In this document: in pieces, positions 63,689 to 64,000 of the stretch
How positions within the stretch are numbered: the stretch's first letter is position 1
Layout of the letters: the number at the start of each line of letters is the position of its first letter
NCBI GenBank assembly: GCA_041603535.1
Contig: JBFIEE010000008.1
Span: forward strand, 3,169 to 67,168
Length of the DNA: 64,000 nt
Direction of reading: 5' to 3'
DNA from: Porticoccaceae bacterium
GTDB taxonomy: Bacteria > Pseudomonadota > Gammaproteobacteria > Pseudomonadales > Porticoccaceae
Program-made: the position numbers and the translations under genes
The notes under the pieces: generated by a model
What the model was told of the DNA's origin: nothing
The model's input: the letters and a program-made list of their open reading frames with translations, nothing else
Databases searched by the model: none

Positions 63689-64000
63689 GTGTCAGATCAA
63701 CAGCCGAAAAAGCTGCCTGATTTACGCAGGCAGATAGACGAAATCGACGCGCAGTTGCTGGCTTTGATCAGCCAGCGTGCCGCTTGTGCGCAAACCGTTG
63801 CTGAAATCAAAATTCAAAATGGCGATAGCGTATTTTACCGCCCTGAGCGCGAAGCGCAGGTGTTGCGGCGGGTAATGGAGCAAAATGAAGGCCCGCTTGA
63901 CGATGAAGAGGTGGCGCGGCTGTTTCGGGAAATTATGTCCGCCTGCCTGGCCCTTGAGCAGCCCGTAACAGTGGCCTTTCTTGGCCCGGAAGGTACGTTC
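63689..64000 (+). CDS. pheA: Chorismate mutase/prephenate dehydratase (P-protein), N-terminal fragment running off the window
   Basis: GTG 63689 lies 2 nt after the gyrA stop. My own translation reads SDQQPKKLPDLRRQIDEIDAQLLALISQRAACAQTVAEIK...VAFLGPEGTF, which covers the chorismate mutase domain and the start of the PDT domain. Confidence 0.85.
   Translation, partial: MSDQQPKKLPDLRRQIDEIDAQLLALISQRAACAQTVAEIKIQNGDSVFYRPEREAQVLRRVMEQNEGPLDDEEVARLFREIMSACLALEQPVTVAFLGPEGTF

Overview
The window looks like chromosomal core DNA of a gammaproteobacterium. The gene order resembles Pseudomonadales, Cellvibrionales or Oceanospirillales: queA-tgt-secDF, smc-zipA-ligA, scpA-scpB-rluB, mtaD-ubiG-HAD-yciK and gyrA-pheA. 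It is densely coding on both strands. I call 56 protein genes, one tRNA-Leu(CAA), four sigma70-like promoter candidates and a set of short intergenic tandem or direct repeats. I found no transposase, integrase, phage gene, CRISPR array or recognisable defence system. Housekeeping blocks are an RND efflux pair, EI-Ntr (ptsP), queuosine genes, SecDF, modABC, SMC, ZipA, LigA, ScpAB, PdxJ, UbiG and GyrA. Accessory-looking metabolism includes an amidohydrolase/DUF35/Cys-less thiolase-like trio, a split MaoC hydratase plus acyl-CoA dehydrogenases and a CoA-transferase, and a complete arginine-to-spermidine operon using the carboxyspermidine route. The best candidate for an undescribed system is a lower-GC, translationally coupled four-gene module at 12573-15484. 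It encodes an MgtC-family membrane protein, a RimK-type ATP-grasp ligase with an N-terminal RLAN-like domain, a RimI-like GNAT, and a 149-aa protein ending in a DDV-repeat poly-acidic tail. I interpret it as a possible protein-tail or N-acyl-peptide amidoligase system; this is inference only. Other items worth checking are Cys instead of the conserved Arg next to the catalytic Tyr of GyrA, the missing yajC between tgt and secD, and unrelated 13-20 bp tandem duplications in many intergenic regions. All calls rest on reading the supplied ORF translations and the DNA; no database searches were run.
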